A stretch of 64,000 nucleotides of DNA from Squalus acanthias (lineage: Eukaryota). The notes beneath the pieces were generated by a model. That model saw only the letters and a list, made by a program, of their open reading frames with translations, made no database searches and was not told the DNA's origin. This document shows positions 39,380 to 52,445 of the stretch, one piece after another. The stretch is from the NCBI GenBank assembly GCA_030390025.1, contig CM059447.1:20088001-20152000 (forward strand), in the 5' to 3' direction. Each line of letters opens with the position of its first letter. The stretch's first letter is position 1. The position numbers and the translations under genes were made by a program.

Positions 39380-39600
39380 CAATCTTAGAAGAACAACCTC
39401 TGCAGCCACAAGGTGACATCTCTATTTCCAACACCAGCCATCCTATTGGCACTGAATTATGGGCAGCTTTGCGCTATAGGAGCTGGGTTAAGCTTATCCT
39501 TATTTGGCTTAGAGCCCTGGTTGCCTTTGAAAGAGGAAAATTTCATCCTTCAGGTCTCGACTGAAGATGGATTTGAACCCCAGGCTCTAAAGGTGAAAGA
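39380..39600 (-). mobile_element. ancient LF-SINE-like tRNA SINE
   Basis: Minus head tttcacctttagagcctggggttcaaatcc and downstream cccagctcctatag resemble the recalled LF-SINE consensus; heavily diverged. Confidence 0.4.
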
Positions 39601-42341
39601 ATGATGTGGTATTGCATTGTTCCATTCAGACCAATTGAAACATTTTTTTTAAAGAAAATTAACCATTCATTTTCTAGAGCTTGGACATTCATCTGCTCCA
39701 AACTCCTACTGGCATCCAGTGCCAATAACGTGGCCTCAGAAGTGTTTCCTTACTTATTGAATTGCATATAATTTACATTTGGTTTCAGTGATGCAGAGGA
39801 AGTGTTTGTGTTAAAGTGCAATGGTGATCTGGTTAATATTTGGTAATTTTATCTGTAACAAAGCCAGAAAATTGGAGCAAGGCACCAACCTTAAGATTCT
39901 AACCCTGCTAACCACCCTCTTTCTCTATAACAGCAGTGGCAATGCAACACAAGGGAGCCAATGCCATTCCTCGGTAGGGTCATTTACCATTTGCATCTAT
40001 TAATAAGTTCCTACAGACTGTTCCTTTCAATAGGACTATCTCTTGTCATCACTAGTACTGAGGTGGTCGTGCTTTATTGATATTATTATTGCAATATCCT
40101 AAATTTATCTGACCACTTTGAAGTCTATGCGTCAGAAAGAAATTGTTTAAATCAATATGAAATGTTCACTTCTATTCAGTCTCAGTAGTGATGCTGGCTT
40201 CCTCTTCGCTCTCAGGGGCTGCTAAACAATGATGAAGAGAACACATTAAATGGAAACACCAGTTTGTACTAAAAAATCTATGAAACTGTAATTTGTTCAA
40301 TGAAGATTACTTTCATGAGTAGACCGAGGTCAACACACTTGCAATTTACATAATTGTTTGAATTGTCTGCTGAAGTAGAAGAGGCGGGATTGAACAGACA
40401 GTCCCCCTTGGAAAAAGAATGAAAATTACTTTAATCTGTGATGATGAGGGCTATAGTTATGGAAAACTGAAAAGAGAAAGAATATAGTGGAAAGAGCAGC
40501 ACTGGAAGTGCACAGAAGATATTACAAGCTGAAAACATGCACCGTATTTTGAAAGATTCTAAAGAGATCTCTTACAGAAGGAGGTAGAGATAAGGTCAGT
40601 AAGCCAGCTTGGGCTCGAAGGTGCAGTTTGATTAAATTCAAATTGCTTAAAACCTATTGACCCAAAAACTAGATTGCAACCAAATCTCAATTATGTGCAG
40701 ATCAGTAGGTGGTAGGGGAAGCAGTAGCACCACTTTGGTGACCATTTTATTAACACTTGAGGCTGGGTGCTTAAGTTCAAGATTGAGTTGGATCCTGATA
40801 CAGAATTTTATTTCTTGAATTTCCAAACCGAATCATAAGTCTAGAGTCTTCAATCTTATTTTTTTTTTATCAGCCTATTCACGTAATATAAAATCTCCAG
40901 CTCCTCTCAACTGGCTGTGCACGTTCTCAAATGTTGGAAAGTTGTTTATTACTGAAAAATCCCTTATTTGAACTCACCAGTTATCCAAACAGGCTGGATC
41001 TCCCAGCATACTGGTCTGAATTATTCACCTATCTGAGCAAGGGTATCTGGCTGAATTTTGCTGTGGATGAGTGTCAAAGCTCTTTCCACAGCTGGAGATA
41101 GTTAAGCCAAGTGCTGTAAGTATTTGCAGGCAGTGGAATCCCCCTGTTGGCATAGGTCACCAGTGGCATTTGATGTATTTTTACAGCAGGATAAAATAAA
41201 GTTGCCACTGGCAGGAAGACAAGGAAGGGATGTCTGGCTGTAAAATAGTGGTCAGATGGGAAAAGCCGTAAAACAGTAACAATCCTCTTGAAATGCTTTT
41301 TAAGTGGACGGTTTGAATCCTGGCCCACAGAGGACATGATTCCAGATGTGCGCAATGGACAACCTATGGCTTTCAAAGCAAATTATCTCACTGGTGCAGT
41401 AATAATGGTGTCTGTTTTAGGAAAAGTTAAATATTGGACATGGATTGCAAATTCCTTGTCTTCTGCCCATAAATCTGCTATTCAGTGTGGGTGTGACTCA
41501 GAAATGGTGTTACATGCACACGTTAGGTGGTGAAAGTACTGCTCACTGCAAAGTTTTGCCCTCTTGTTACGAACCACTTACTATAACAAATGATTTTATA
41601 AGTCGTGACTTATTTTCCATTAAAGTCAGTAAATGAACTCTAGTCTTCATAAGATGGATCCCCATCATGAAGAGCTAATTTGTTGGTCTCCATGAAAGTA
41701 ATGATAGAGTCTCACTTCATTTACATTTGAAAAAAAATCTAAAAAGCAGCCAAGAACACTACTGCAGTACATCTCTGACACTTAAGACTGCTCAAAGGAC
41801 CCTGGCAAGTCCCATTCACCACCCAACATTAGCCCTGATTCTCATTTTGCAAGGCCTACCACTTTTATCCATCACCGTTGCATAGTACTTCCCACTGAAT
41901 GTTCCTCTAGTAATCTCTTCTTTTGTGATCCAATAGTCACTGATACATGCTCCAAGCTGCTCAAAGTTGGCCTGAGAAAACATGCTGAATATTAAGCACA
42001 CAACTTCATTGATCATGCAGGGACTACCTCAGCGGACGTGCCACGGTTCCAAAATAGTGATTCAGGCTTGCGTCAAGGAATGCTTCAGGCAGCAGATTCA
42101 ATGTTCCAAGCTTCCATAGACATCTGCATCTAGTTGCCAGATTGATGTTCCAAGCACTCTTTCAAAAAAATGATCTGCTGAATCAATACAGGTGGCATCT
42201 CTGAAACAGATACCCCTCCACTCATACTTCATGTCTGGTGCGGTTACATCATCATCGTCAACATACCACTGATAATCACTGTATTAAAATCAAACATGAT
42301 ATTTGCTTTTACTGGAAAATTATAAAATCTTCTGTACTTTT

Positions 42342-43122
42342 GGGCTGGATTTTATCAATGGGGACGCGTTGGGGGCGGGACTGCTGGTTGTGGGGTTTTA
42401 GTCCCGCCCCCAATGACGTCCGGCCAACCCACTCTATTTTCCCTTGATTGACCTTGTTAAGCCCGCCCTGCGGGCTTATCCGGCCAATTAAGGGAAAGCT
42501 GGTGACAGAGGACGTCAGCGTATGACGTTTCATCTGTCAAAAAAATTTGAGAGATGAATTGTCAACGTTTGACAGCTTAGAGAAGCTGTCAAACACTGAC
42601 CATCTCTGTTCCATGGTGAGCCCTTGTACTGAAGACTCACCAAAACCTATTTCCTCAGCAGAAATCAGATGGCTGCTGCATCTGAGAATGCAGCAGCCAT
42701 TCTGTCATCTCTGCCATTGAGATGAGGCACCTCTGGATCCCCAAGGGTTGAAGCCTGCAGGAAGAAGCAAAGGTAAGTAAACTTTTTCTAACACTTTACA
42801 CTCACCTCTCATACTGACCTCTCCACACTTGCACTCATCACTCACCTCCACCGCGCACTTTTCGATCCCTCTCACCCCCGCAGACCCACTGCTCGCCTCA
42901 CTGACCCTAACGAGGTTCGCAGCCGTCGGGAAGCCCGCACTTGCAGGGGCAATTGGCTGTAATCCCCTTCCCGCCTCGAGGAGATGGGTCCCTGCGTGAG
43001 TTGGGGACCTGCCTCCCGGGAAGATGGCACGGAGGCGGGTTGGGAGCGGTTTCGGTACCTGCTCCCAGTTTCTGCCATTTTCCTGGCAGTCCCGCCTCCC
43101 CAGGGCTGGCAAAATTCCCCCC
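42342..43122. mobile_element. non-autonomous Harbinger-type element
   Basis: Ends GGGCTGGATTTT / AAAATTCCCCCC; internal tgcaggaagaagcaaaggtaag resembles a Myb exon end (CRKK + GT donor). Confidence 0.7.
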
Positions 43123-45226
43123 TTCATCTTCAAAGTCCAGAAATAAAGACAAGGGTTTGTCTTGCCAATCCTTTTTTGAGCTGACTCTATTTAAATTGGC
43201 TTGTGCCTCTCCTCTTTCCAATAAAGGGTTTCATTTAGCTGGTGCTGAAACAAATTCAAGCTCAGAAAAGACTACTCTTCATTGGGTGTGTACACAAGTA
43301 TGCTACACATGGAAGGAAACAGAAAATATATTAAAGTGATAGTTTGTAAAACCAAATGAAAAGGTACTAAAGTCTGTGGGCTCCTCAGTCAGTAACTAGC
43401 TATATGCCAGATTTAGTACCAGATCCACAAACAGGCAATGATGAAAGAGCTGCACAGATACATTGCATGTGCTGCTAGTTCCCAGTACCAGATCCACATA
43501 CAGATAAGCACAGGACCACAGAAGTGTTACTAGTCAGCAAAATGCTATTCCCCAGCTCCAGAAACAGATACAGGTAATAACAGGGCCAGATTGGCACCGT
43601 GTAGATTCTGTTAGTCAGAAAAAAGCTGTTTCCCAGTTCATGTTATTGCTTCTATAACATTTTGCATCTAATATTCTATTAAATACGGCCAATGAAGTTA
43701 ACAATTCAGATACAGTATGTAGTACATCAAAAAGAATCAACATCACCAATCTGAGTATTATGTTGTAGATGCTGTTCACTAAATTGTTCTTAAAAACACA
43801 GTTATTAAGGTTTAAGAGAATTACTGGTGCTGTCCGTGTGAAGTGCTGGCCATGGTTTAGAAGAAATCAATAGTTTCTCTGCATTAATGTAAGAGATAAT
43901 GGCTCCTGTCTGATAAATCTCACTCTACGCTCATTGTGATACCCTGATCCTAATCAGCATGAGGCTCAATTACTGACATCATTGATTTTGAGGCTCAAGT
44001 GGGATTCATATTATCATGCCGACAAAGGACAGAAAACCCAAAGCGTTTCAGACATGCAATCTTTCTCTTTAAATACATGCACTAACCCCCGCCCACCCCC
44101 TACTTATAGGCTATCCTTATGAAACTTATAGAAAACAAACACGTGGCATACAGGAAGGTCAGATTAGTTGGTCACCCACCAAATGTCTGCTACAGTTATT
44201 GTAGAAGAGGGAATAACTACACGTACAGAGGCAACTAATAAAAAATTTGAACATTTTTGACTAGGATTTGGTTCTAATTTACCCTGTGACACCAGACTAA
44301 TAAGTCATCTGTAGATCTGTTCCATAAGATAAATTCTGGGACTGTGTATTAATGCCTTGTTGCTGTGGTCAGCAGTGAACTGGACTGTAAATCCATATCA
44401 TTCTGAATTAAATTGTTTCCAACCTGCAGGATAAATGATTAGATATTTCTGTATAGATAGATGCACTAAAACTAATAGCCCCCTTTCTACTCTTAACCTT
44501 AGATATGGGATACGAATTATTACATCCTTATACCAATATTTATGAAGCACATTTCTACATTCTCATTCCTGAAAACATGATTTTTCACCTGGATCTACTT
44601 TATGTACAGTTATCACACACACACACATCACATGTTCTTTGACCCGCTCATGGTACTAATTTCAGAATGAATAGAATTGCTGAATTTAATAAAGTAGTCT
44701 TATCTGAATAAATGTTTATGCATGGCAATTTTCCAGGCTTGACAACAATTTCCTTGTGATGACACCATTATGATTTTTTGTGCCATGATAAAGTTAAATG
44801 CTGTACAGGAAATTTAGTTGCATTTCAAAAAAAAAGGTAAGCGTTCAAACTGTAGCAAGTGGAGTGGCTGCTGCAACATAAATCTTCCTCAAATGGCCAA
44901 TGTATTCACCACAATTGTTCCTCATTATTCTGGGAACTGAATCTCCACCTCAACCACATCATAATGTCCCTTTAATTCTGGACAGACACTTATTTGTAGC
45001 TATCTCACAGGATAGATTCTACAGTGAAAATTTTGGAATAAAACCAAATGTTTTCTAGGAGGTAGGTGCAGAATGTCTCAAGGTTTTACTCGAAGAAAGT
45101 CTGACAATGAAACTCTATAAACGCACATGGAAAATGCTATTTGAAGAATGCAAAGAGGTTCTATTGTATTACAGTGAATGATCCCTGGGGCCAAATAGGG
45201 TGTATCCAACATGATGGCAGTCATTG

Positions 45227-45413
45227 GGGGGAACTTTAACCAAACTCACTGGGCGGGAAACCCACAGGTTCGGGTGGAACGCTGCTTTTACACCCCGCCC
45301 AATATTGCTCTCCATCGACTTCAATAGAGAGTAAAATCAGGCTGGGTGTTAAACCAGTGTTGCACCCAATCTGGTCAGTTTCCCGACGGGCGGATTAGGT
45401 TAAAATTGCCCCC
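45227..45413. mobile_element. about 190-bp fold-back MITE
   Basis: Imperfect palindrome over the whole length: gggggaactttaacc..cgggaaac..ttacaccc / gggtgttaa..gtttcccg..ggttaaaattgccccc, centre ctctccatcgacttcaatagagag. Confidence 0.85.
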
Positions 45414-46009
45414 TTTGAGCCGGACATGATTTTTTAACAACAATGTGACTGCATCATTGAAACAGTTAAAAAAAAAAAAAAATTGTAATTATGCAGTTGT
45501 CAGCAGACTCAAATAATAGCGTAATGCTGGAGACTCCTGATGTGTCCAAGTGGATTTTTTTTTTAACCTTGCTGGATGATCACAGCCCCATTAATGTCAT
45601 TTCGCTTTGTCTTGATAACTTTCTTTTCAAAAGTGGAGCACTGCATCAAAGAGTCGTGTTTTGTATAGACCACGGACACATTTCTAAGCTTAAAAATACC
45701 AGCTATAAGTTTGAAATTAAATGTGCGAAGGGAAAGATTTAGGTGCAGAAAACAACAAATTAAATTCGCCAATTTCACGAGTGGTGGGGACAAGCATTAT
45801 TGAATACGGAATCTGGTTCCAAAGAAAAACAACAAAAATCTTGCATGTAACAGGCTTGGGGACACTCAGTCAAAATTATAGCACCAGGAATGCAGATAAA
45901 TCATGAGAAAATGGAAAGTGAGTTGCAGCAGACACACTTGTAAATTTAAACATTCTGTTTTGTTTTTCTTCCTCTCCCCCCCCCTAAGGGTTGTGTTTGT
46001 TAATGGGGT

Positions 46010-46270
46010 ACACTTCCACAGAGACTGGATGTCTCTGGTCCAACACACAAGTAGCCATTTTGCCATGTGGTCTAAATACTAAGTGGTGGCAGGTGACTTG
46101 ATCTGAGGGGACATCACAGCTGAGCCCAAGCTTCTCCTTATCCAATGTGCACATGCATGCACGTTCCAGCTGCACTCACCAGACAGGAGTCAGGTGTGGA
46201 AATCCTGGCTGATTTTAGTTTTTCCCAGCCCAGGGCACCGCGCTCAGTTGTGGCGAGATCAGCGAGGTTC
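46010..46270 (-). mobile_element. old SINE-like repeat (same family as 36540-37305)
   Basis: catgcacgttccagc..caggtgtggaaatcctggctgatttt..cagcccagggcac. Confidence 0.55.
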
Positions 46271-48494
46271 TCTCTCTTTTCTGTCAGTTGAACTCAGTTA
46301 ACTGGGATCGGAGGTATCAGTCAGCCTTCAGTTCCGGGATCGGAGGTATCATCAGTTCCTCGTATCGGTATTTGATATCTGAGGATTCTTTCACTCCCCA
46401 GTACACAGATCTTGGATCTGAATTATGTCTTACATGTTAAGAGAAACAAAAGCAAAGCCAACCCTGAATATCAATAAGTTCTGGTAATGAAGTCTTCTTT
46501 ACCCTCCTATTGAAAAGTATTACAGAATCAGCCTAATCCTTTTTTTTTTTTAAATTGTGTTAGAACGTGTTCTAATTATTCTTTCAAGCCTTCCTCCTCT
46601 TTGTAATCAGAAGAACTTTTGACCCCTCTCTAGTGATGTTTCACAAGGGTCAAAGGTGTTTATTAAAAAAGATTGGGCTGAAAATTAATTAAATGTGATG
46701 GAAATAAAGTCTATATCCCTTGAAATGCAGACTGAGTCTTTTGTCGACGGCTCGGGTCATTAACTTTACTATGATGAAATCAATGCATTCACTGAAAATA
46801 AACAGCCATCCCTGAATTTCAAGAGTGTGGACAGAAATTCTGAGTGATTAGTTTTAACTGCACCATGTGTGCAATGAAAGAATAGGTGCGCTTTGAAACT
46901 CTATCTACAGTAGTATTTATTATTTTTAACAACCTTATTTTTCTGCTCTCTTTCCAATAGAGATACCGCTAACGGCAATGAAGGGGGAAGCTGGAAATGT
47001 TATGGAGAAAAGACGGGCCATTTTTCTATTGATGGTTTGTCAGTGCAGCAGTTAGCACCCATCGCTGTTTCAGAAGTCGCAGATTGAGTCCCATGGCTGC
47101 CAGCCTCTATTGTTCCCAGTGTTCCCAGCTCTTGGCTGGAATGTTAGCTGTACCGCCTTGCGAACATGCCATCTGTGTGGTGGGGCATCAACCATTTCAC
47201 TCGCCAGCCTCTGGAATGACATCAGCAGCAGACAGAGAAATCTGCAGGGTGCCAACTGGGTCCAGGGTCTCTGGCAGGAAAGAGGAAAGCTGATTATTTA
47301 GTTGTTATAATGGCAGACAAGGGGCACATCTGTCACTGAAAGATTACTTGCAAAGAAATACTGAAGTAATTTTATTTTAACAAAAACTAACAAGACCTAG
47401 TATTGCAGTGGAACTTCAATTGTCCATGCTGCCATTGTCAATGAAATGTTTTGAGGGAGTTGGGAGACCAGCAGGAATTGTAATTTTTGCATTCATGAAA
47501 TGCCACAATAGTGACTATTTAATAAATGGAAGTGCTTATTTGAAAAAAAAAATAATTATCCACTAACTCAGGACAGCCTCTGAAAAGACTCTGAGCTTTT
47601 GGCTCCTAATGATTAGCATTCCCCTACTTCTTGGCACTCTTAAAACATCACCTAATCGGATAAACTACTGAATTGGCTTTGCATTTCACTTGAATTTACA
47701 TCTGATAAGGTAGGAGTTTGTCAGATTACAGGATTAGGAACAGCCAGCTGTACATTTTTGGGGAAAAAGAGTTGTGCACTGAAAGTGGCTCAGCAAGCCT
47801 CCGGTGCCTGATTGCGCTTCGTACTGCTATGGTGTGCTTGAAAGCACCGTGAATTCTTTTGTACGCTGATCTGTCGCTATGGAAGCAGGCAGTAACAATA
47901 AAACCTAACTCTAAAACAAAACTTTTAATGGCATAAACAGGATAACACAAAGGGCCCGATATGGTAACACAACTAGCCTTAAGTACTAGATTTAATACGT
48001 GCGAATTAGTATGGTAGAATCATGATTGTCTATTAATTTTCATTATCTACTGGGGGGCATAGGGTGTCTCCTCTATTGTGGTAGATGATTGAGGTTCCAC
48101 TTAAATGTTTTGGTTGAGAATCTATCCCACAGCCACTACTCTGTGAGGGGGAGGGGGGAAATTCTGCTCACCTCTTGTCTCACTCAAGACTTGTACTCAT
48201 GTCCTCTGCTTCAGCGATCAATCTAAATTAAGCAGCTTGCTTACATTTACATTATCTATGACAGTCATTTTAGAGATCACAGTAACATAATTTACTGTGA
48301 GCCTTCCAACTGCTAATAAAAAATGAAATTAAAAAAATGTAAAATTGTATATCTGAAATGATTATGTTGCCACCTACGCAAGAGATCTTTGAAAGTACAA
48401 CAATTTTGTCACATACATAAAAAAATGGCAGGGCCAGATAATAATGCTCGATCAGGGTGCATGCTTACAATGACTTGGATTGTTGTATAGATTT

Positions 48495-49360
48495 CCTAAT
48501 GTAACAAGCATCTTAGAGGTTTTAACAAGAAACCAACCAGGAAAAATGGAGACCAAAGTATGGTTAAAGAAAATGTTTTAAGGATTCTTTCAAAGGCAGG
48601 AATGGAGTTAATGGGAAAAAGGGCTTTGGGAGGCAATTCCAGAGGAAAGTTACATAGAACTAAGAGATTGGTCTCCACTGGTGGAGCAGAGGGTGTGGGA
48701 AACAGGTAGTAGACTGAAGTCAGAGGAGCAGAGGGTGCAGTCAGGGTGTATATTAGAAGATTGTTGCAATAAGGTGGAGCACGGCCATGGAGGAATTTGA
48801 AGATGGGGATCAGGATCTTGAAGTTGATTTATTGGGGCACAGAGAGCCAGTGGAGCTTGACAAGAATCAGAAAGATGGCTGTGCGGGACTTAAGAGTGGG
48901 AGAGGTCACAGAGTTTGGCTAAACTGGAGTTTGCAAATGGTTCAGGGAGGAAGGTATCGAAGAGAGCACTAGAGATGGTAAGTCTCGAGGGGGGTGTGGC
49001 ATGACTATAGGCTTCAACTGCATTTGGGGAAAGGCAGGACTGTAGCCAGGTATTGCATCAGAAATGAGAGAAAGCAGCTTTGGTTATGGACTAGAATATA
49101 GGTAGAAAACTCAGTTCAGGGCCGAGCAGGCATGAAGATTGTGCACCATCAGATTTAGCTCGCAGAGGCAATCTGGGAGGTTGATTGGAGTGTGGGATAG
49201 AGGCATGCAAGTCCTGATGGGGGATGAAAAGGATGGCTTCAGTTTACTGATGTGGAGCTGCAGGAAATTGGAACTCATCCAGGACTTGGTGTCAGACAGG
49301 GATTTTCAAAGCATCATTAGAGCCTTGTTGTCAATGATGGAAGTGGAGAGGTAGAGTTAC
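48495..49360 (-). mobile_element. old L2 LINE fragment
   Basis: Reverse complement shows aactctacctctccac (LYLST), ccaagtcctggatgagttccaatttcctgcagct (SWMSSNFLQL) and ctcgagacttacc; purine-rich plus strand. Confidence 0.75.
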
Positions 49361-49934
49361 AGGTTTCACCTAATTGAGCACTGCTTACCTGTTTGATTTA
49401 CACAGGGTATTGGGTGTGAATGTCCTTGTTACAGTTTTTATTCATTAGTGTGGCTGTCTTCATTATTTGGAATTGAGTTATTCAGGGCCGCCTATAAGTG
49501 AAATATAACTAACTCATCACTGTCATCAATGCAGTTGAGCTTGCGTGGTAGCTGTCTTTTTGAGGCACTGGAGAAGCAGGAGTTTTCTTTTTGCAGGAGC
49601 CAAAAGAGGATGTATGACTTAATTGTGACGAGGTACAGCAGGGTGTCCATCTCTACACAGTTGTCATGCAATGAAGAGGAAACTGAACACGACTTATATT
49701 CTGTGTGGCATGGACTTGATAGCAAAAGTTTAAGTGATTGCTGTCAGTTAGAGACAGCATGTGAAGTCTGTGAGATCAAAAGCAGCAGCTGTAAGGCAAA
49801 AGTAGTGTCAGTACCAATTGTTTCAGCAAGTAAATGACATTTTTGTTATCACACATATTGGCGAGAACAAAAATTCATCACACAGAAGCAAAAATAAAAG
49901 CAAAAAACAAATGCAAAATCTGGCACAGATCCTG

Positions 49935-50915
49935 GCAACTGGGAGAGATACAAAAAACAACAAAAGGTGACAAAACAGATCGTAAGAGCTACAAAAAGGG
50001 TGTATGAAAATAAACTTGCAAGGGATATCAAAATCAACACCATTTTTTTTACAGTTATATTAGGAAAAAGGGGGTGGTCAGGAGCAAAGTGGGCCCCTTA
50101 AAAACTGAGAACGGTGATATTGTAAATGAAAATAAGGAAATGGTGGACATGTTGAATAATTACTTTGCCTCAGTATTTACAGTAGTGGAAGAGGATACCA
50201 TGCCGGACATCCCAAGGAAACTAATATTGAATCATAGAGACGGGGACTCACCAAAATTAACGTCAGCAAAATAGCAGTAATGAAGAAAATAATGGCACTA
50301 AAGAGTGACAAATCCCCAGGACCAGATGGTTTCCATCCCAGGGTTTTAAAGGAAGTAGATGAGCACATTGCAGATGCCCTATCATCTTCCAAAGATCTCT
50401 CGATTCGGGAACTGTTCCTTTAGATTGGAAAATTGCGCATGGTAACTCTGCTATTTAAGAAAAGTGAGAGAGGGAAACCAGGGAATTATAGACCAGTTAG
50501 CCTAACATCTGTTGTCGGGAAATTACTAGAGTCTATAACTAAGGATAGAGTGACTGAACACCTCGAAAATTTTCAGCTGATCAGAGAGAGCCAGCATGGA
50601 TTTGTAAAGGGTAGGTCATGCCTGACAAACCTGATTGAATTTTTTGAAGAGGTGATGAAAATAGTGGACAGGGAAATGTCTACAGATTTTATTGAAGTTA
50701 GGAAACACTTCTACACGCAAAGGGTGGTAGAAGTCTAGAACTCTCTTCCGCAAACGGCAATTGATGCTCGGTCAATTGTTAATTTTACATCTTAGATTTC
50801 TGTTAACCAAAGGCATTAAGGGATATGAGGCAATGGCAGGTACATGGAGTTAGGTCACAGATCAGCCATGAGCTCACTGAAAGGTGGAACAGGCTCGAGG
50901 GGCTCAATGGCCTCA
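49935..50915 (+). mobile_element. CR1 LINE fragment with internal deletion of the RT core
   Basis: KSPGPDG.HPRVLKE, PGNYRPVSLTSVVGKLLE, SQHGFVKGRSCLTNLIEFFEEV then direct jump to EVRKHFYTQRVVEV near 50693; 3' UTR follows. Confidence 0.92.
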
Positions 50916-51537
50916 TAAAGCAGCTCAGAACTATGCCGGGAATGGGCTGAGTACGAGGAGTTTCAATGTATGTTATAAGTAAGTGACTTTATTATTCAGG
51001 AAGAAAAAATAACTGTAAATAGGTTGAGAGAGAAATGCTGTGAGATGATCTTAGATTGTAATTCTCACTGGCTCTCTGAGCAGAACAATAGTGTTCACAT
51101 GAATAGTTATTGAAGCCATTCTACATTAGCACCCCAGGGCTGCTTAGAATCCTGGGAATGAGGAGATAAAAGTTCACAGCACTGTTCTGATATTCTGATA
51201 ATGTTGTTGTGGATGGGGGAGAGGAAGGCACAGATAGAATATCCTGGATGAAAAATGGTGAATACCTTAACATTTTGGTAATAAATCACAAAAGGTCTGC
51301 TTTCTGCTACTGGTCATTCCTCTGCTAAAAGTCACATTTCCTTTTTTTTCTCATCAATTTTGACCCCACTCCTCTCCTCAAGGACTCCTTGTGGGGGTAC
51401 AGCTCTACAGGCAGCAGTCATCCTCTGGTACCTCACCCAAGTAACCATCATTCATATGTGTACCATGACAATGAGTGTTTGGCAGCTATTTACCAGCAGT
51501 TCGAATCAAACAGAGTGCAGTCCTATCCTCACAAAGA

Positions 51538-52003
51538 AAGAAGTAAAGAAAGACTTGCATTTATGTAGCGCCTTTCACAACCACCGGACGTCTCAAAGCG
51601 CTTTACAGCCAATGAAGTACTTTTTGAAGTGTAGTCACTGTTGTAATGTAGGAAACTCGGCAGCCAATTTGCACACAGCAAGCTCCCACAAACAGCAATA
51701 TGATAATGACCAGATAATCTGTTTTGTTATGTTGACTGAGGGATAAATATTGGCCAGGACCCCGGGGATAACTCCCCTGCTCTACTTCAAAATAGTGCCA
51801 TGGGATCTTTTATGTCCACCTGAGAGAGCAGACGGGACCTCAGTTTAACTTCTCATCCGAAAGACGGCACCTCTGACAGTGCAGCACTCCCTCATCTAGG
51901 AGTATCAGCCTAGATTTATGTGCTCAAGCCCCTGGAGTGGGACTTGAACCCACAACCTTCCAACTCGAAGGCGAGTGTGCTACCCACTGAGCCACAGCTG
52001 ACA
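51538..52003 (-). mobile_element. near full-length SacSINE1/DeuSINE-like SINE nested in an older SINE
   Basis: tRNA-like head (tggctcagtgg, gggttcaagtccc), Deu-like core (tctcaggtggacataaaagatcccatggcactattt), (TTTC) tail; CACAAAGA direct repeat at 51530-51537 and 52004-52011. Confidence 0.92.
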
Positions 52004-52445
52004 CACAAAGATGCACTTTCACAAGATCAATGATTAATTGGCTGGTTTTGCCCATCCTAAGTCAGTGGTGCTGAGGCTAAATGTAGCACCCGTACTGAGA
52101 TCAAGTAACTCACCACACTAAATCTGAATCCGTCTTTGCCTGCATGGCTCAGCTAGTCACTTGATAAAACTCATTGAAACATCAGGAAGCATAGCGTCTT
52201 CCTTTGTGTAAAAGCAATATCCGTTACACAGCCCTCTAAGCTCTCTACGCGACATCAGCTTGATGTGGGGAAAAAAAGCAGAAAATGCATGGATGCTTAA
52301 TTAAAAACCAGGGACAGAGATTAATCAGAATGAAAAACAAACTGACACAAAAAATGGTCTTCCATTGACAACTTAACTGTAAGGCACTTGCATCGAAACT
52401 TTCAATGTTTTTACCTGATTCGAAAAGAAAGATGAAAAAGTAACA

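Noticed and set aside
49529-49837. 102-aa Cys-rich ORF between L2 and CR1
   Set aside because: No domain similarity recognised and no splice signals; likely chance
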